A DNA stretch of 64,000 bases from Candidatus Cybelea sp. Its GTDB lineage: Bacteria > Vulcanimicrobiota > Vulcanimicrobiia > Vulcanimicrobiales > Vulcanimicrobiaceae. The first letter of the stretch is position 1. Each line of letters starts with the position of its first letter. The notes below the pieces were generated by a model. The model searched no databases. It saw only the letters and a list, made by a program, of their open reading frames with translations, and had not been told where the DNA came from. The stretch lies in NCBI GenBank assembly GCA_050008615.1, contig JBEKMH010000014.1:8107-72106 (forward strand). Direction: 5' to 3'. Of this stretch, positions 45,524-54,942 are shown piece by piece. Made by a program: the position numbers and the translations under genes.

Positions 45524-46411
45524 TTAGGCACCGCGAGGGGCCATCAGTTGCGCTTCGGCGAGCTGGCGGATGTCGAGCCCCGGCATCGCTTCCGATGCGC
45601 CGAGCGACCGGCACGCCTCTAAGACGATCTCGGGCTCGTTGAAGTGCGTCGTAGCGTCGACGATGGCGCGCGCGAAGCGTTTGGGGTCCTTTGATTTGAA
45701 GATGCCGCTTCCGACGAAGATGCCTTCCGCGCCGAGTTGCATCATCAATGAGGCGTCGGCGGGCGTCGCGACGCCGCCGGCGCAGAAGAGTACGACGGGT
45801 AGCTTGCCTTCGCGCGCAATCTCCGTGACGAGTTCGACGGGAGCCCAAAGATCGCGCGCACGCGCGACGAGTTCTTCCTTTGGAGCGATGCGCAGCTCGC
45901 GGATCGCGTCGCCGATGGCTCGCATATGGCGCACCGCCTCGACGATGTTGCCGCTTCCCGCTTCGCCCTTGCTGCGAATCATCGCCGCGCCTTCGGCAAT
46001 TCGGCGAAGCGCTTCGCCGAGATCGCGCGCTCCGCAAACAAATGGGGTGGTAAAGGCGTGTTTGTCGACGTGATAGTTGTCGTCGGCCGGCGTCAGCACT
46101 TCCGATTCGTCGATGTAATCCACGCCGAGCTGCTGCAGGACTTGCGCCTCGGCAAAATGTCCGATTCGGCATTTGGCCATCACCGGAATCGTCACGGCGT
46201 CCATGATGCCACGAATCAGCTCGATCCCGCTCATGCGAGCAACACCACCGGCCGCTCGTATGTCTGCCGGGATGCGTTCGAGCGCCATCACGGCGACGGC
46301 GCCGGCCTCTTGCGCGATTGCCGCGTGTTCGGGCGTCACGACGTCCATGATGACGCCGCCCTTGAGCATTTGCGCGAGCCCGCGCTTAACCGTTACCGTT
46401 CCTTTTTCCAT
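45524..46411 (-). CDS. pdxS: Pyridoxal 5'-phosphate synthase, lyase subunit PdxS
   Basis: [31 protein letters not shown], and a [10 protein letters not shown]-like region. 295 aa. Confidence 0.96.
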   Translation of the reverse strand: MEKGTVTVKRGLAQMLKGGVIMDVVTPEHAAIAQEAGAVAVMALERIPADIRAAGGVARMSGIELIRGIMDAVTIPVMAKCRIGHFAEAQVLQQLGVDYIDESEVLTPADDNYHVDKHAFTTPFVCGARDLGEALRRIAEGAAMIRSKGEAGSGNIVEAVRHMRAIGDAIRELRIAPKEELVARARDLWAPVELVTEIAREGKLPVVLFCAGGVATPADASLMMQLGAEGIFVGSGIFKSKDPKRFARAIVDATTHFNEPEIVLEACRSLGASEAMPGLDIRQLAEAQLMAPRGA

Positions 46412-46458
46412 ACATCTATTCTAACAGGCGTTCCCCAGAGAACGCCGCGACGAATTCC

Positions 46459-46902
46459 TTACGGCGGTGTCGGCGTCGCCTCCGGCAGGCCATCCTCGGG
46501 CGAGGCGGGGATGCCGCTGGAAGGTTCCGCCGTCGGCCCGAAGGTCGGCAGCGGCTTCTGGCGCCAGATCGGGATGTTGGGATTCGGGGTCGGGGTGGCC
46601 GGCAGCGCCGGGGTCGGGGTGACCTTCGGCGGAGGGGGCAAAGTGGGCAGCGGCTTTGGCGGCACGCGAGGATCGGGAAAGCGCGGATCGGCGGCGGCCG
46701 AAAGGGACTGTGAGCGCTTCCAATCGGGACCGTACGGCTGCGCCGAGGCGTCCGCGCCGGACGGCAGCGGGGTGGGCAGCACTGACTCCAACTGTTGCTG
46801 GGTGGCCTGCTGCATCACCCGGTCGCCCATGCGCTGCCCGACGGCGACGGCAATCAGCAGAACCGCCGCGCCGACGGCCAGGACGATCGTCGGGAATCTC
46901 AT
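46459..46902 (-). CDS. Hypothetical membrane-anchored proline-rich protein
   Basis: N-terminal TM (FPTIVLAVGAAVLLIAVAVG) followed by a Pro-rich low-complexity tail. ATG overlaps the stop of the upstream glycosidase-like gene (ATGA). Confidence 0.45.
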   Translation of the reverse strand: MRFPTIVLAVGAAVLLIAVAVGQRMGDRVMQQATQQQLESVLPTPLPSGADASAQPYGPDWKRSQSLSAAADPRFPDPRVPPKPLPTLPPPPKVTPTPALPATPTPNPNIPIWRQKPLPTFGPTAEPSSGIPASPEDGLPEATPTPP

Positions 46903-49469
46903 GCGCGCGCCAGCGGACGAACCACGTCGAGCTTCGCAGCTCGCGCGCGCCGGTCGCTCGGTTTGCCGATCAAGTGCACCTCCCGCAGTTCGCCGGCCGC
47001 CATGTTCACGCGAGCCGTATGCCCGCGAAACTCCAGCAGCACGTCGCGCGCGCGATCGAGCAGATTGCCGACGAAGATGCGCACCGCGCCGGCATCGTCT
47101 TCGAAGGCGATCGCGCCGACCTCAACCGGCGAGATCGTCACTTCGTCGCTCACGTCGCGGCCGGCATAGATGCACGCGAACGGCTCTTCCGCCGAAAGCT
47201 CCGGCATGTTGGCGTAAATCGTGTCGTTGGGCAGATCGATGACATAGGTGCACCGCCGGCCGCCCCAGTGCACGCGCGCCGCGGCGACCCATTTCCAACC
47301 CGCAGGACGCAACGGCGCCAAATGAGGGCGCCCGCTGGTACGATAGCCGTTCAATCCGCCGACGGTTTCGGCAACCGCCCAGAGAAACTTCGCGCCGGTC
47401 CAAGGCGAGAGATACATGCCCCGATTGCTCAACGAACCGCCGTCGAACCACTCGGCAAACTCGCCAGGGACCGTGTTGCGCGGACTTCCGGCTTCCATCG
47501 TGGCATAGGTCTGGGTCAGGAAATGCACGGCGTCGTCGGTCATGCCGTTGCGAGCCAGCGCAACGGCAAACCAGAGCGTCAGGTCGGGCCAAATGCCGCC
47601 GAGCAACCCGAAACCATACGACGGAAAATACCACGCGTCGGCGGTCGAAATTGTGCGAAGCCCAACCGGCGTCACGAAATCCGCCTCCTTGAGGCGTGAG
47701 AGAATCGCCTGCCGCTGAGTCGAGTCGGCAACGCCGAAGAGCACCGGGAAAATTTCGTCGGCCGTAAAGTTGTCTTGGTAGTTTCCGTCCTGATCGTAGT
47801 TGAGGACGAAGGCGCCGGTATCGTCGTTGAACAGATAATCCATCATCGCGGTACGCATGCTCTGCGCCTCCGCACCGTACTTTTCCCAATGGTCGTTGTC
47901 GCCGACGACCGCGCACAGCATCGCCGCCGCCTCGAGCGCGTAGACGGCCTCGGCATTAATCTCCGTAACCGCGCCGTCGAGCGTGTAATACGGAATGATG
48001 TTGCGCCAGGAGGAAATGCCGTGCAGATCCACGCCTTTGGCCTGACAGCAGACCAAGTTGTGAGAATCGCGCTGCGAGAGCAGGTAATCCGTAAGGCGAA
48101 TCACCAGCGCGATGTGCTCGCGAACCCATTCGTCATCGAGCGTCGCGTTGTAGTGGTGAAGCATCGCGATAACGTGCAACGGTGTATCGTCGTTGACGTT
48201 CAGGTCGTAATCGGTCTTATAACCACTCACGCCACGGACGTATTCGACCATCAGACCGCTCTCCTGAGCGGCGGAGTTGAAGACTTCGAGCGCGTTGCGG
48301 CTAAACTCCGGCCAAAAGTAGTCGAAGCCGTGCACGAACCAAGATGTATCGCGCGAGACGAGGATGTCGGAGGGCGGCGAGTTCGTCGCGCCCCAGCCGT
48401 GCGGATACTCCTTGACGATCCGCAACATGTTGGCCTTTGCCCAAACCACGCCGCGGCTGATCTCCGGGGAGGGCGTGAGGAATCGCGCGTCGGCGAGACG
48501 CTCGCCGAAATAGCCTTGCGTGTCGTGCAGCGCGCGCCGGTCGGAGAGCAACGCTTCGAGAACGGGGCGGCTGCGTTCGGTTCCGGCCTTATGGTAAACG
48601 ACGGCGAGCCGCAGCGACTCGCGCGCTCCGGCCGCCACCGCGATCCGGTATTCGAAGGCGCCGAAGATGCGCCGGCTGACCAGCTCGGCTTGCTGCGGCG
48701 TGACGTCGCCCATCGTCGGCTTCGAATCGCCTTGCGAAAACGTCGCCCGGCGCATCGCTTCGAGCAGAACCTGCTCGCGCAGCGAAAGCTGGACGGCGAT
48801 CGGACGCCGCGAGCCGCCCCACCAGCGCTCGCCGCCGGTCTCGAGATTTTTCGAGCAGATGAAACGGCCGTCATTCCACGCGCGGACTTCGTGCTCCGGC
48901 TCGCCGTAGAACCGCTGGCCGACGAGCATCGCCCACGGGAAGAGCGACACGTCGAGCGCATCGGCGCCGGGATTAAAGAGCGTCACGTCCACCACGAATG
49001 CAACGGCGCGGTCGAACTCGGGCCCGTGCGGCACGTAGAAGGCCTCGGTTACGTGGATGCGGTGGTCGAGGGTAAACTCAGATATCTGCGCGTAGGGCAG
49101 GAACGTAAGATCGTGCTCGATTTGATGCGGAAAGAAGGTGCGGTCGAGGAGTCGATAGGCAATGTGGTGCGTTCCGAAGATGATTTGGTCCGTGTCGGCA
49201 TCCCAAAGCCCTCGCACGCCGCCTTTTGCGGTCGATTGCGCGAAGGCTTTGTAGTTCCCAAGTAGGAGCCCATAGGGGGTCTCAGATTCATTGAGGACGT
49301 AGGCGCAAAACTCGTTGCGCTGCGCGTCGTAACTCAAGCCCACGCTCCGTACTGCGGCGCCGGGCGCGAAGGCGCCTTCTCTCGCGGCGGCTAACGGAAA
49401 AGGGTGCGAGCACCGGCAAAAATAAACCTGACGCTCGAAGTGCTCGCCCCGCGCAGCGATGGATATCAC
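46899..49469 (-). CDS. Large (alpha/alpha)6-barrel glycosidase-like protein (amylo-alpha-1,6-glucosidase / GDE_C-like C-terminal domain)
   Basis: The C-terminal ~400 aa resemble the glycogen-debranching GDE_C / six-hairpin fold (EINAEAVYALEAAAML, GLRTIS, GGIWPDLTLWF, PGEFAEWFDG). The N-terminal half is unassigned. The start is uncertain because the ORF 5' end overlaps ispE. Confidence 0.6.
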   Translation of the reverse strand: MISIAARGEHFERQVYFCRCSHPFPLAAAREGAFAPGAAVRSVGLSYDAQRNEFCAYVLNESETPYGLLLGNYKAFAQSTAKGGVRGLWDADTDQIIFGTHHIAYRLLDRTFFPHQIEHDLTFLPYAQISEFTLDHRIHVTEAFYVPHGPEFDRAVAFVVDVTLFNPGADALDVSLFPWAMLVGQRFYGEPEHEVRAWNDGRFICSKNLETGGERWWGGSRRPIAVQLSLREQVLLEAMRRATFSQGDSKPTMGDVTPQQAELVSRRIFGAFEYRIAVAAGARESLRLAVVYHKAGTERSRPVLEALLSDRRALHDTQGYFGERLADARFLTPSPEISRGVVWAKANMLRIVKEYPHGWGATNSPPSDILVSRDTSWFVHGFDYFWPEFSRNALEVFNSAAQESGLMVEYVRGVSGYKTDYDLNVNDDTPLHVIAMLHHYNATLDDEWVREHIALVIRLTDYLLSQRDSHNLVCCQAKGVDLHGISSWRNIIPYYTLDGAVTEINAEAVYALEAAAMLCAVVGDNDHWEKYGAEAQSMRTAMMDYLFNDDTGAFVLNYDQDGNYQDNFTADEIFPVLFGVADSTQRQAILSRLKEADFVTPVGLRTISTADAWYFPSYGFGLLGGIWPDLTLWFAVALARNGMTDDAVHFLTQTYATMEAGSPRNTVPGEFAEWFDGGSLSNRGMYLSPWTGAKFLWAVAETVGGLNGYRTSGRPHLAPLRPAGWKWVAAARVHWGGRRCTYVIDLPNDTIYANMPELSAEEPFACIYAGRDVSDEVTISPVEVGAIAFEDDAGAVRIFVGNLLDRARDVLLEFRGHTARVNMAAGELREVHLIGKPSDRRARAAKLDVVRPLARA

Positions 49470-50258
49470 GGCGTGCGCAGCGTGATGGTCCCGCTCGACC
49501 TGGCGGACGAACTAACGATCGAACCGAGCACTGCCTTCAGCTTTGAGTGCGATCGCAGCGAGCTTGCGGGGGAGCAGAATCTCGCCGTCGCGGCGCTACG
49601 CGCGCTGGGCGACGAGCTGCCGGCGGTGCGAATGCTGCTGCTCAAGAACATTCCGGTGCAGGCCGGTTTGGGCGGCGGGTCGAGCGATGCTGCGGCGGTT
49701 TTGCGCGCGGCAATGGCCGGCACATTCGGGCCCGTACCTCGCCCCGACTGGATGCCGATCGCGCGAAGCCTCGGATCGGACGTTCCATTCTTTCTCGCAG
49801 GGACGGCCGCGCTGGTCGAAGGGACGGGCGAGCGCGTGACGCCGGCCGGAGCAATTCCATCCTGGCACGTATTGATCGTGAAGCCTCCGGTCGACGTCTC
49901 CACCGCGCAGGCGTACCGGGAGATCGATGCGTTGCACCGCCCGCAGCGCCCCCGCAGCGGCTGCGTCTCGATTGCAATGCTCGAAGCGTTGCAACGCGCG
50001 GAGTTTGCTCGCGTCCAAGCACTGCTCCAGAACGACTTTCACGACATCACCGCAGCGCGCACGCCCGAGGTTATGGCCGCACTGGAAGCATTGCGCGCCG
50101 CCGGAGCCGGCAACGCGCTGTTGACGGGGTCGGGTTCGTGCGTCTTTACGCTCGCGCCGGAGCGTTCGCAGATCGAAGCGATTGCGCGGAGTCTGGACCT
50201 GCCGGCGGCGTACGAGCGTTTTGTGACGCGGTTTGCGTCGACGCCGGAGTGGAAATGA
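49404..50258 (+). CDS. ispE: 4-(cytidine 5'-diphospho)-2-C-methyl-D-erythritol kinase
   Basis: GHMP kinase. APAKINLTLEV and PVQAGLGGGSSDAAA. GTG start. Confidence 0.92.
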   Translation: MRAPAKINLTLEVLAPRSDGYHGVRSVMVPLDLADELTIEPSTAFSFECDRSELAGEQNLAVAALRALGDELPAVRMLLLKNIPVQAGLGGGSSDAAAVLRAAMAGTFGPVPRPDWMPIARSLGSDVPFFLAGTAALVEGTGERVTPAGAIPSWHVLIVKPPVDVSTAQAYREIDALHRPQRPRSGCVSIAMLEALQRAEFARVQALLQNDFHDITAARTPEVMAALEALRAAGAGNALLTGSGSCVFTLAPERSQIEAIARSLDLPAAYERFVTRFASTPEWK

Positions 50259-51001
50259 ACGCCGTCGTGTTGGCGGGCGGCCCGTTGGATGACGTCGCAA
50301 GCTTACAACCGGGAGCGCCGAACAAAGCCTTCGTCGATATCTGCGGCACGACGCTGGTCGGGCGCGTGGTCGGTGCGTTACGCGGCTGCGCTGCGATTGG
50401 CCGCATCGTCGTCGTCACGCCGGAGAGCGAATGGGGAAATCCTCAGCTTCGCGGCGCGGACGATTTTCGTCCCGACGGCGTGCACATCTCCGAAAGTCTG
50501 CGCAACGGTCTCGTGGGCTTCCCCGCGGCCGACTCGCTTTTAATCGTGGCGTCGGACATGCCGGTGCTCACCCCCACGATCGCGGGCGATTTTGTGGCGC
50601 GCGTGGAAGCGATCGACGCCGACGTTATCTACGGGTGCGTCGAAAAAAAAACGCACCTCGCGCGCTTTCCAAACGTACCGCATACCTGGGCGCGGATGCG
50701 TGACGGCATTTACTGCGGAGGCGGCATGTTCGGGCTCAAGCCCCGAGCCATGCCGCTGCTCGAACGCTTCATCGAGGATCTGGGCGCCGCGCGTAAGTCC
50801 CCGCTTCGCCTCGCCTCGTTGTTCGGGTGGGACATGCTTGCGCGCTTCGCTTTGGGCCGGCTCTCGGTCGCGGAGGCCGAAGCGCGCGCAACGAAGATCC
50901 TCGGCGCGCCGGTAAGCGCGCTAATCTCCCCCTATCCGGAAACGGCCGTGAACGTGGACCGCGTCAGCGACGTAGCGCTGGCCCGCGAGCTGGTCAGTTA
51001 G
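50255..51001 (+). CDS. Nucleotidyltransferase family protein (MobA-like NTP-transferase fold)
   Basis: ATG 50255 overlaps the ispE stop (ATGA). MNAVVLAGGPL...NKAFVDICG N-terminal nucleotide-binding motif. 248 aa. Confidence 0.7.
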   Translation: MNAVVLAGGPLDDVASLQPGAPNKAFVDICGTTLVGRVVGALRGCAAIGRIVVVTPESEWGNPQLRGADDFRPDGVHISESLRNGLVGFPAADSLLIVASDMPVLTPTIAGDFVARVEAIDADVIYGCVEKKTHLARFPNVPHTWARMRDGIYCGGGMFGLKPRAMPLLERFIEDLGAARKSPLRLASLFGWDMLARFALGRLSVAEAEARATKILGAPVSALISPYPETAVNVDRVSDVALARELVS

Positions 51002-51560
51002 GGGAGCGCCACCGCTTGAAGAGTTCGTTGGCAATGCCGAACTGATCGAGCGCCTTCCCGACGGTGTGGGCGATGATCTCGTCTACGCTCTGAGGGTTCG
51101 CGTACATGGCGGGAATCGGCGGCAGAATCACCGCGCCGATTTCGGCGAGCTGCACGAGCGTGCGCAAATGGCCGAGATGCAGCGGGGTTTCGCGGATAAC
51201 GAGCACGAGTCGCCGCTTTTCCTTTAGACAGACGTCCGCGGCGCGAACGAGCAGATTCGAGTTGAACGAATAGGCGATCGCGCTCGCGCTCTTCATCGAG
51301 CACGGAATCACCAGCATCCCGTCGGTAAGGAAGGAGCCGCTCGAGATGGCGGCCGCGAGATCGTCGTCGCGGTGCGCGACGTCGGCGAGGCTTTCGAACT
51401 CGTCCGCAGTGATCTCGGTCTCGAGTTCGATCGTGCGGCGCGCGGCCGTCGTGAGCACGAGATGCGTTTCGACGCCGCCGATGGCGCGCAGCGCTTGCAG
51501 CACCATGTAGCCGTAAAGACTGCCGCTCGCCCCGCTGATGCCGATGATGATGCGTCGCAT
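50994..51560 (-). CDS. ubiX: UbiX-family flavin prenyltransferase
   Basis: ATG 51560 gives MRRIIIGISGASGSLYG, with VIPCSMKSASAIA. 188 aa. The ORF extension to 51929 is non-native-looking. Confidence 0.9.
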   Translation of the reverse strand: MRRIIIGISGASGSLYGYMVLQALRAIGGVETHLVLTTAARRTIELETEITADEFESLADVAHRDDDLAAAISSGSFLTDGMLVIPCSMKSASAIAYSFNSNLLVRAADVCLKEKRRLVLVIRETPLHLGHLRTLVQLAEIGAVILPPIPAMYANPQSVDEIIAHTVGKALDQFGIANELFKRWRSPN

Positions 51561-51621
51561 CGGGGAGCCGTTACACGTTGGCTGCAGGGGCGCCTGGTAG
51601 AAACTGTAACTCCACACCTTC

Positions 51622-52878
51622 GTGCCGGAAGCCACGCAAGTCCGTTCCTTCATTGACGATGCCGTCCGCTGGCGTAAAACCGGAGACGAGGCGCTCCTCC
51701 TTCGGCTGGTTCGTTCGAGTTGCTCGGGCGTTCCACATGACGTCGGCGCCGCGTACGCCACCTTGGCCGGGCGCACGGGCAACCTCGTCGACGCGATCGA
51801 CCGCGGCCGCCTCGCTCTGCCGCCGCCCGAGCGCGACCGCGTGCTGCTGTTTGCCCGGCGCGCGCGCCTCGTTCGCACGCTGCCCGAGGATTTGTCCGAG
51901 GGCGAGCTTCGCGCTGCGATCGGCAGCACGTTTGAGGTGCAGTCCTTCGACTGCGCTCAGGATGACAAACGTGACAACGGGCGGAGCGAGGTCGAGCTGG
52001 CGGAGCCGGTCGAGCGCGAGGAAGCCGGCGCCGTGCCGCGGTGGCTGAAACATTTCAGCGCGTCGGCGCTCAACGCATACGGTGAATGCGCGCGCAAGTG
52101 GTTCTACCGGTACGCGTGCGCGGCGGTTGAAGACCCCGGGTCGTCGGCGTCGGCGTACGGCACCGCATTTCATCTCGCGCTCGAGGATTTCCACGGCGAT
52201 TTTCCTCGCCCACGAAGCGTGGATCGCTCGGCGATGCGCCATCGCATTCGGGAGTGCGTCACGTGGGCGTTCGAGCGCAATCGCGACGGGTTCGAAACGC
52301 GCGTGGAGTTCGAGCTGCAAGTCCGGCGCGCGCAGCGCACCGCACAGCGATACGTCGACTGGTTCTTGGCGCAAGAACAGGAGGCGCCGTTCGAGGTGCT
52401 CGGCCGGGAGGTTTCGGCGGAACTCGACCTGGACGGCAGAGCTTTCGTCGGCTTCATCGACCGCCTCGACCGCGACGAACGCACCGGCGACATCGCGGTT
52501 GTCGACTATAAGACGGGAAGCATCGCTACGAGCGCGGCGGAGTATTGCGAAAAAGTGCGCCGCTTTCGCGACTTCCAGTTGCCGTTCTACTACTGGGCGC
52601 GCACCGCTGCCGGCGATCGCGTGACCAAGCTCGTGCTAATTCCACTCAAAGATGCGCTGCTCGACGTGCGTCCGGTCGTCTTGGAGGTTGGCAAGACGAT
52701 CAAGATCGACGATCTGGAACGGTCGCGCAAGAGAATGATCGAGCTGAGCACCCTTTTGGCGTCGGGCGAGATTCACCGTTTCGAGCCGACCGAGAACGCC
52801 GCGGCTTGCACGTACTGCGCCTATCAAGCGGCGTGCGCCGGCAAACCGCCGGCGGAAGCCCAGCGCTTCGGAAGTTGA
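51622..52878 (+). CDS. PD-(D/E)XK nuclease, Cas4/AddB-type with 4-Cys cluster
   Basis: FIDRLD...VVDYKTG (D...D-x-K), QLPFYYWA (QxxxY), and Cys at ECARKW plus C-x2-C-x5-C (CTYCAYQAAC). A repeat copy lies in frame at 51943..51966. An alternative GTG start at 52033 gives a 281-aa protein. Confidence 0.75.
   Translation: MPEATQVRSFIDDAVRWRKTGDEALLLRLVRSSCSGVPHDVGAAYATLAGRTGNLVDAIDRGRLALPPPERDRVLLFARRARLVRTLPEDLSEGELRAAIGSTFEVQSFDCAQDDKRDNGRSEVELAEPVEREEAGAVPRWLKHFSASALNAYGECARKWFYRYACAAVEDPGSSASAYGTAFHLALEDFHGDFPRPRSVDRSAMRHRIRECVTWAFERNRDGFETRVEFELQVRRAQRTAQRYVDWFLAQEQEAPFEVLGREVSAELDLDGRAFVGFIDRLDRDERTGDIAVVDYKTGSIATSAAEYCEKVRRFRDFQLPFYYWARTAAGDRVTKLVLIPLKDALLDVRPVVLEVGKTIKIDDLERSRKRMIELSTLLASGEIHRFEPTENAAACTYCAYQAACAGKPPAEAQRFGS
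51943..51966 (-). repeat. Hairpin repeat family copy 9 (core only)
   Basis: TCCTTCGACTGCGCTCAGGATGAC, in frame within the 51622 ORF (SFDCAQDD). Confidence 0.85.
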
Positions 52879-54935
52879 TCGCGCTCGAGCTGACCGACGA
52901 CCAGCGCGCCGCGATCGAGGCGCCGTATGACGGTAGTTTTGCAATTCTCGGCGCTCCGGGCACCGGCAAAAGCACCGCGCTGGCGCAGCGGGCAGATCGC
53001 GCGCGCACGCTCTATCCGCAGGCCGAGCCATTCTACTTCCGCGCGCACCAGGGCCTCGATGAGCTTGCCGCCGCCCTGCTGCGCGCAAAGGGCCGAGAGA
53101 TCACGCTCGTTGACGACGTCGAGGCGGAGCTGCTCTTCGCTCAGGCTTGCACGCCGCTCTTCGGTCTGCAGTGGGCGGAGTTCGCCGACGCGCAGCTCGA
53201 TCCGGAAGTTCCCGGGTTGCGCTCACCACAGCGCTTTCTTGCGGCCGCATTTCGCCTGATTCGACGACTCGGCGACGCGAATGTGGACCCGGCGCTCTTT
53301 CTCTCGCTCGCGCTCACCGGCGCGACCGAGTTTTACGCCAATCCGCCGAACTTTAGCGATCCGTCGCTGCTGATCGCTACCAAGAACACGTTTCACGACT
53401 CGCTGGACGTTACTCCCCCGGAGCTGGGCCGGCAGTATCGTCGAGAAGTCGACCTCGCCAAAATCATCGCAAAACTGTACGAACGCTACGTGCAGCTCGT
53501 CAACGCGAGCGGGCGCATGACCGGACGCGATGCGGTCATCGCCGCGACGCGCGTATTGCGTGAAGACGGGGGGCTTGCGGCGCAAATGCGCGAGCGGCAC
53601 CGGCTCGCCTTCGTCGACGACGCGCAGGAGCTAACCGATGCGCAAGTTCAACTGCTGCGCGCGGTCTTCGGAGAAGCCTTGGACGGCGTAACGCTCTGCG
53701 GAGATCCGGCCTCGGCCGTTTCGATGGTGCGCCGAACCCAGCCCGAGCTGACCTTCGCGCAATGCAGTTCGCGCATCAAACTACGCGTGGCGCACCGGAC
53801 GCCGCGGATTGACGTTCACCGGCCAAGAACCGCGTTCGAAGAAGCCGCCTTCGTGGCGGAACGCGTGGGGGAGTGGATCGCCCAGGGCGTGAGCGCCCCG
53901 CGGATTGCGGTGCTCTTTCGTTCCGTGCACGACATCGAGATCTACGAAAGAGCGCTGCTCGACGCCAACGTTCCCGTCGCGATCTCCGGCGACTTCAATC
54001 TCTTTGCGGACCGCCGAGTCTGCGACGCGCTGGCGCTCTTATGGAATGTGTACGACCCGTTTCGTCACGAATGGCTCTTGCGAACGCTTTCCGGGCCCGG
54101 CGTCGGCCTATCGGACGCATCGCTCGCCACGCTCTGCGGCGAGCCGCTCGATCCTCAGCGCTCGCTCTTTGCTTTCGACGACGAACCGGCACCGACCGTG
54201 CGTGCGAGCCGCTGGAATCCCAAGCGCGACCTGCGCCTCGGCTGGAACGTAATTCGCGGGGAGCAAGACGACGCTCTCGGCGCGGACGCTGCCGCACGAG
54301 TCCAGCGATTTCGCCGGCTGCGCGAGCAGTGGGTTGAGGTCATGCAGACGCGACCGTTCGAGCCCTTCGCGCGCAGAGTTTGGAGCGAGGGTTTGGCGCG
54401 CGACGGCGAACCCGATTCGGCGCGCGCCCTTGCGCAGCAAGCCGTCTTGCAGCGGCTGCTCGACCGGTTGCGCGCATTTCTTGCCGAAAAGCCCGATGCG
54501 ACCACGGCGGAGGTTCTCGAATACGCCCAGCGACGCATGGAGAGCGATTTGGAAACGTGTGAGCCAGCCGGGGATGCGGTCGGGTTCGTCCAGATGATGA
54601 GCGTCGAGGCAGCCCAGGGACGCGAGTTCGAGCACGCGATCGTCGCCAACGTTCGCCCCGGGGCCTTTCCGCTGTGGTACGCTCCCGACGCGTTTCTCTT
54701 TAGCCCGAAACTCGGAATGATTCCGAAGGAGAATGCGGGGGACGCGCAGGCAGCCCGCACGGCGAAGTTCAGCTACTACATGTTTCGCACGAAAGCCGCG
54801 CAGCGATACAACGAGCGGGAGCGCCGCGCGTTGCACTACGCGTTGCGGCGAGCGTCCCGCAGCGTGCTGGTTACCGCCTGGGGTCCGCCGACACGCGGCA
54901 TCACCGCACCCGAGCTGCTCGAAGAGCTGCGCTGA
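52875..54935 (+). CDS. UvrD/PcrA/AddA-type SF1 DNA helicase (no nuclease domain)
   Basis: Walker A GAPGTGKST, motif II FVDDAQE, C-terminal SVEAAQGREFEHAIV. TTG 52875 overlaps the stop of the nuclease gene. The upstream part of the 52545 ORF is an overlapping-frame artefact. Confidence 0.85.
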   Translation: MIALELTDDQRAAIEAPYDGSFAILGAPGTGKSTALAQRADRARTLYPQAEPFYFRAHQGLDELAAALLRAKGREITLVDDVEAELLFAQACTPLFGLQWAEFADAQLDPEVPGLRSPQRFLAAAFRLIRRLGDANVDPALFLSLALTGATEFYANPPNFSDPSLLIATKNTFHDSLDVTPPELGRQYRREVDLAKIIAKLYERYVQLVNASGRMTGRDAVIAATRVLREDGGLAAQMRERHRLAFVDDAQELTDAQVQLLRAVFGEALDGVTLCGDPASAVSMVRRTQPELTFAQCSSRIKLRVAHRTPRIDVHRPRTAFEEAAFVAERVGEWIAQGVSAPRIAVLFRSVHDIEIYERALLDANVPVAISGDFNLFADRRVCDALALLWNVYDPFRHEWLLRTLSGPGVGLSDASLATLCGEPLDPQRSLFAFDDEPAPTVRASRWNPKRDLRLGWNVIRGEQDDALGADAAARVQRFRRLREQWVEVMQTRPFEPFARRVWSEGLARDGEPDSARALAQQAVLQRLLDRLRAFLAEKPDATTAEVLEYAQRRMESDLETCEPAGDAVGFVQMMSVEAAQGREFEHAIVANVRPGAFPLWYAPDAFLFSPKLGMIPKENAGDAQAARTAKFSYYMFRTKAAQRYNERERRALHYALRRASRSVLVTAWGPPTRGITAPELLEELR

Positions 54936-54942
54936 CCGGCGA

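Noticed and set aside
49547-51001. 484-aa ORF spanning ispE and the nucleotidyltransferase gene
   Set aside because: Only the last 248 codons (from ATG 50255, overlapping the ispE stop) look like a real protein. The upstream part is an alternative frame of ispE.
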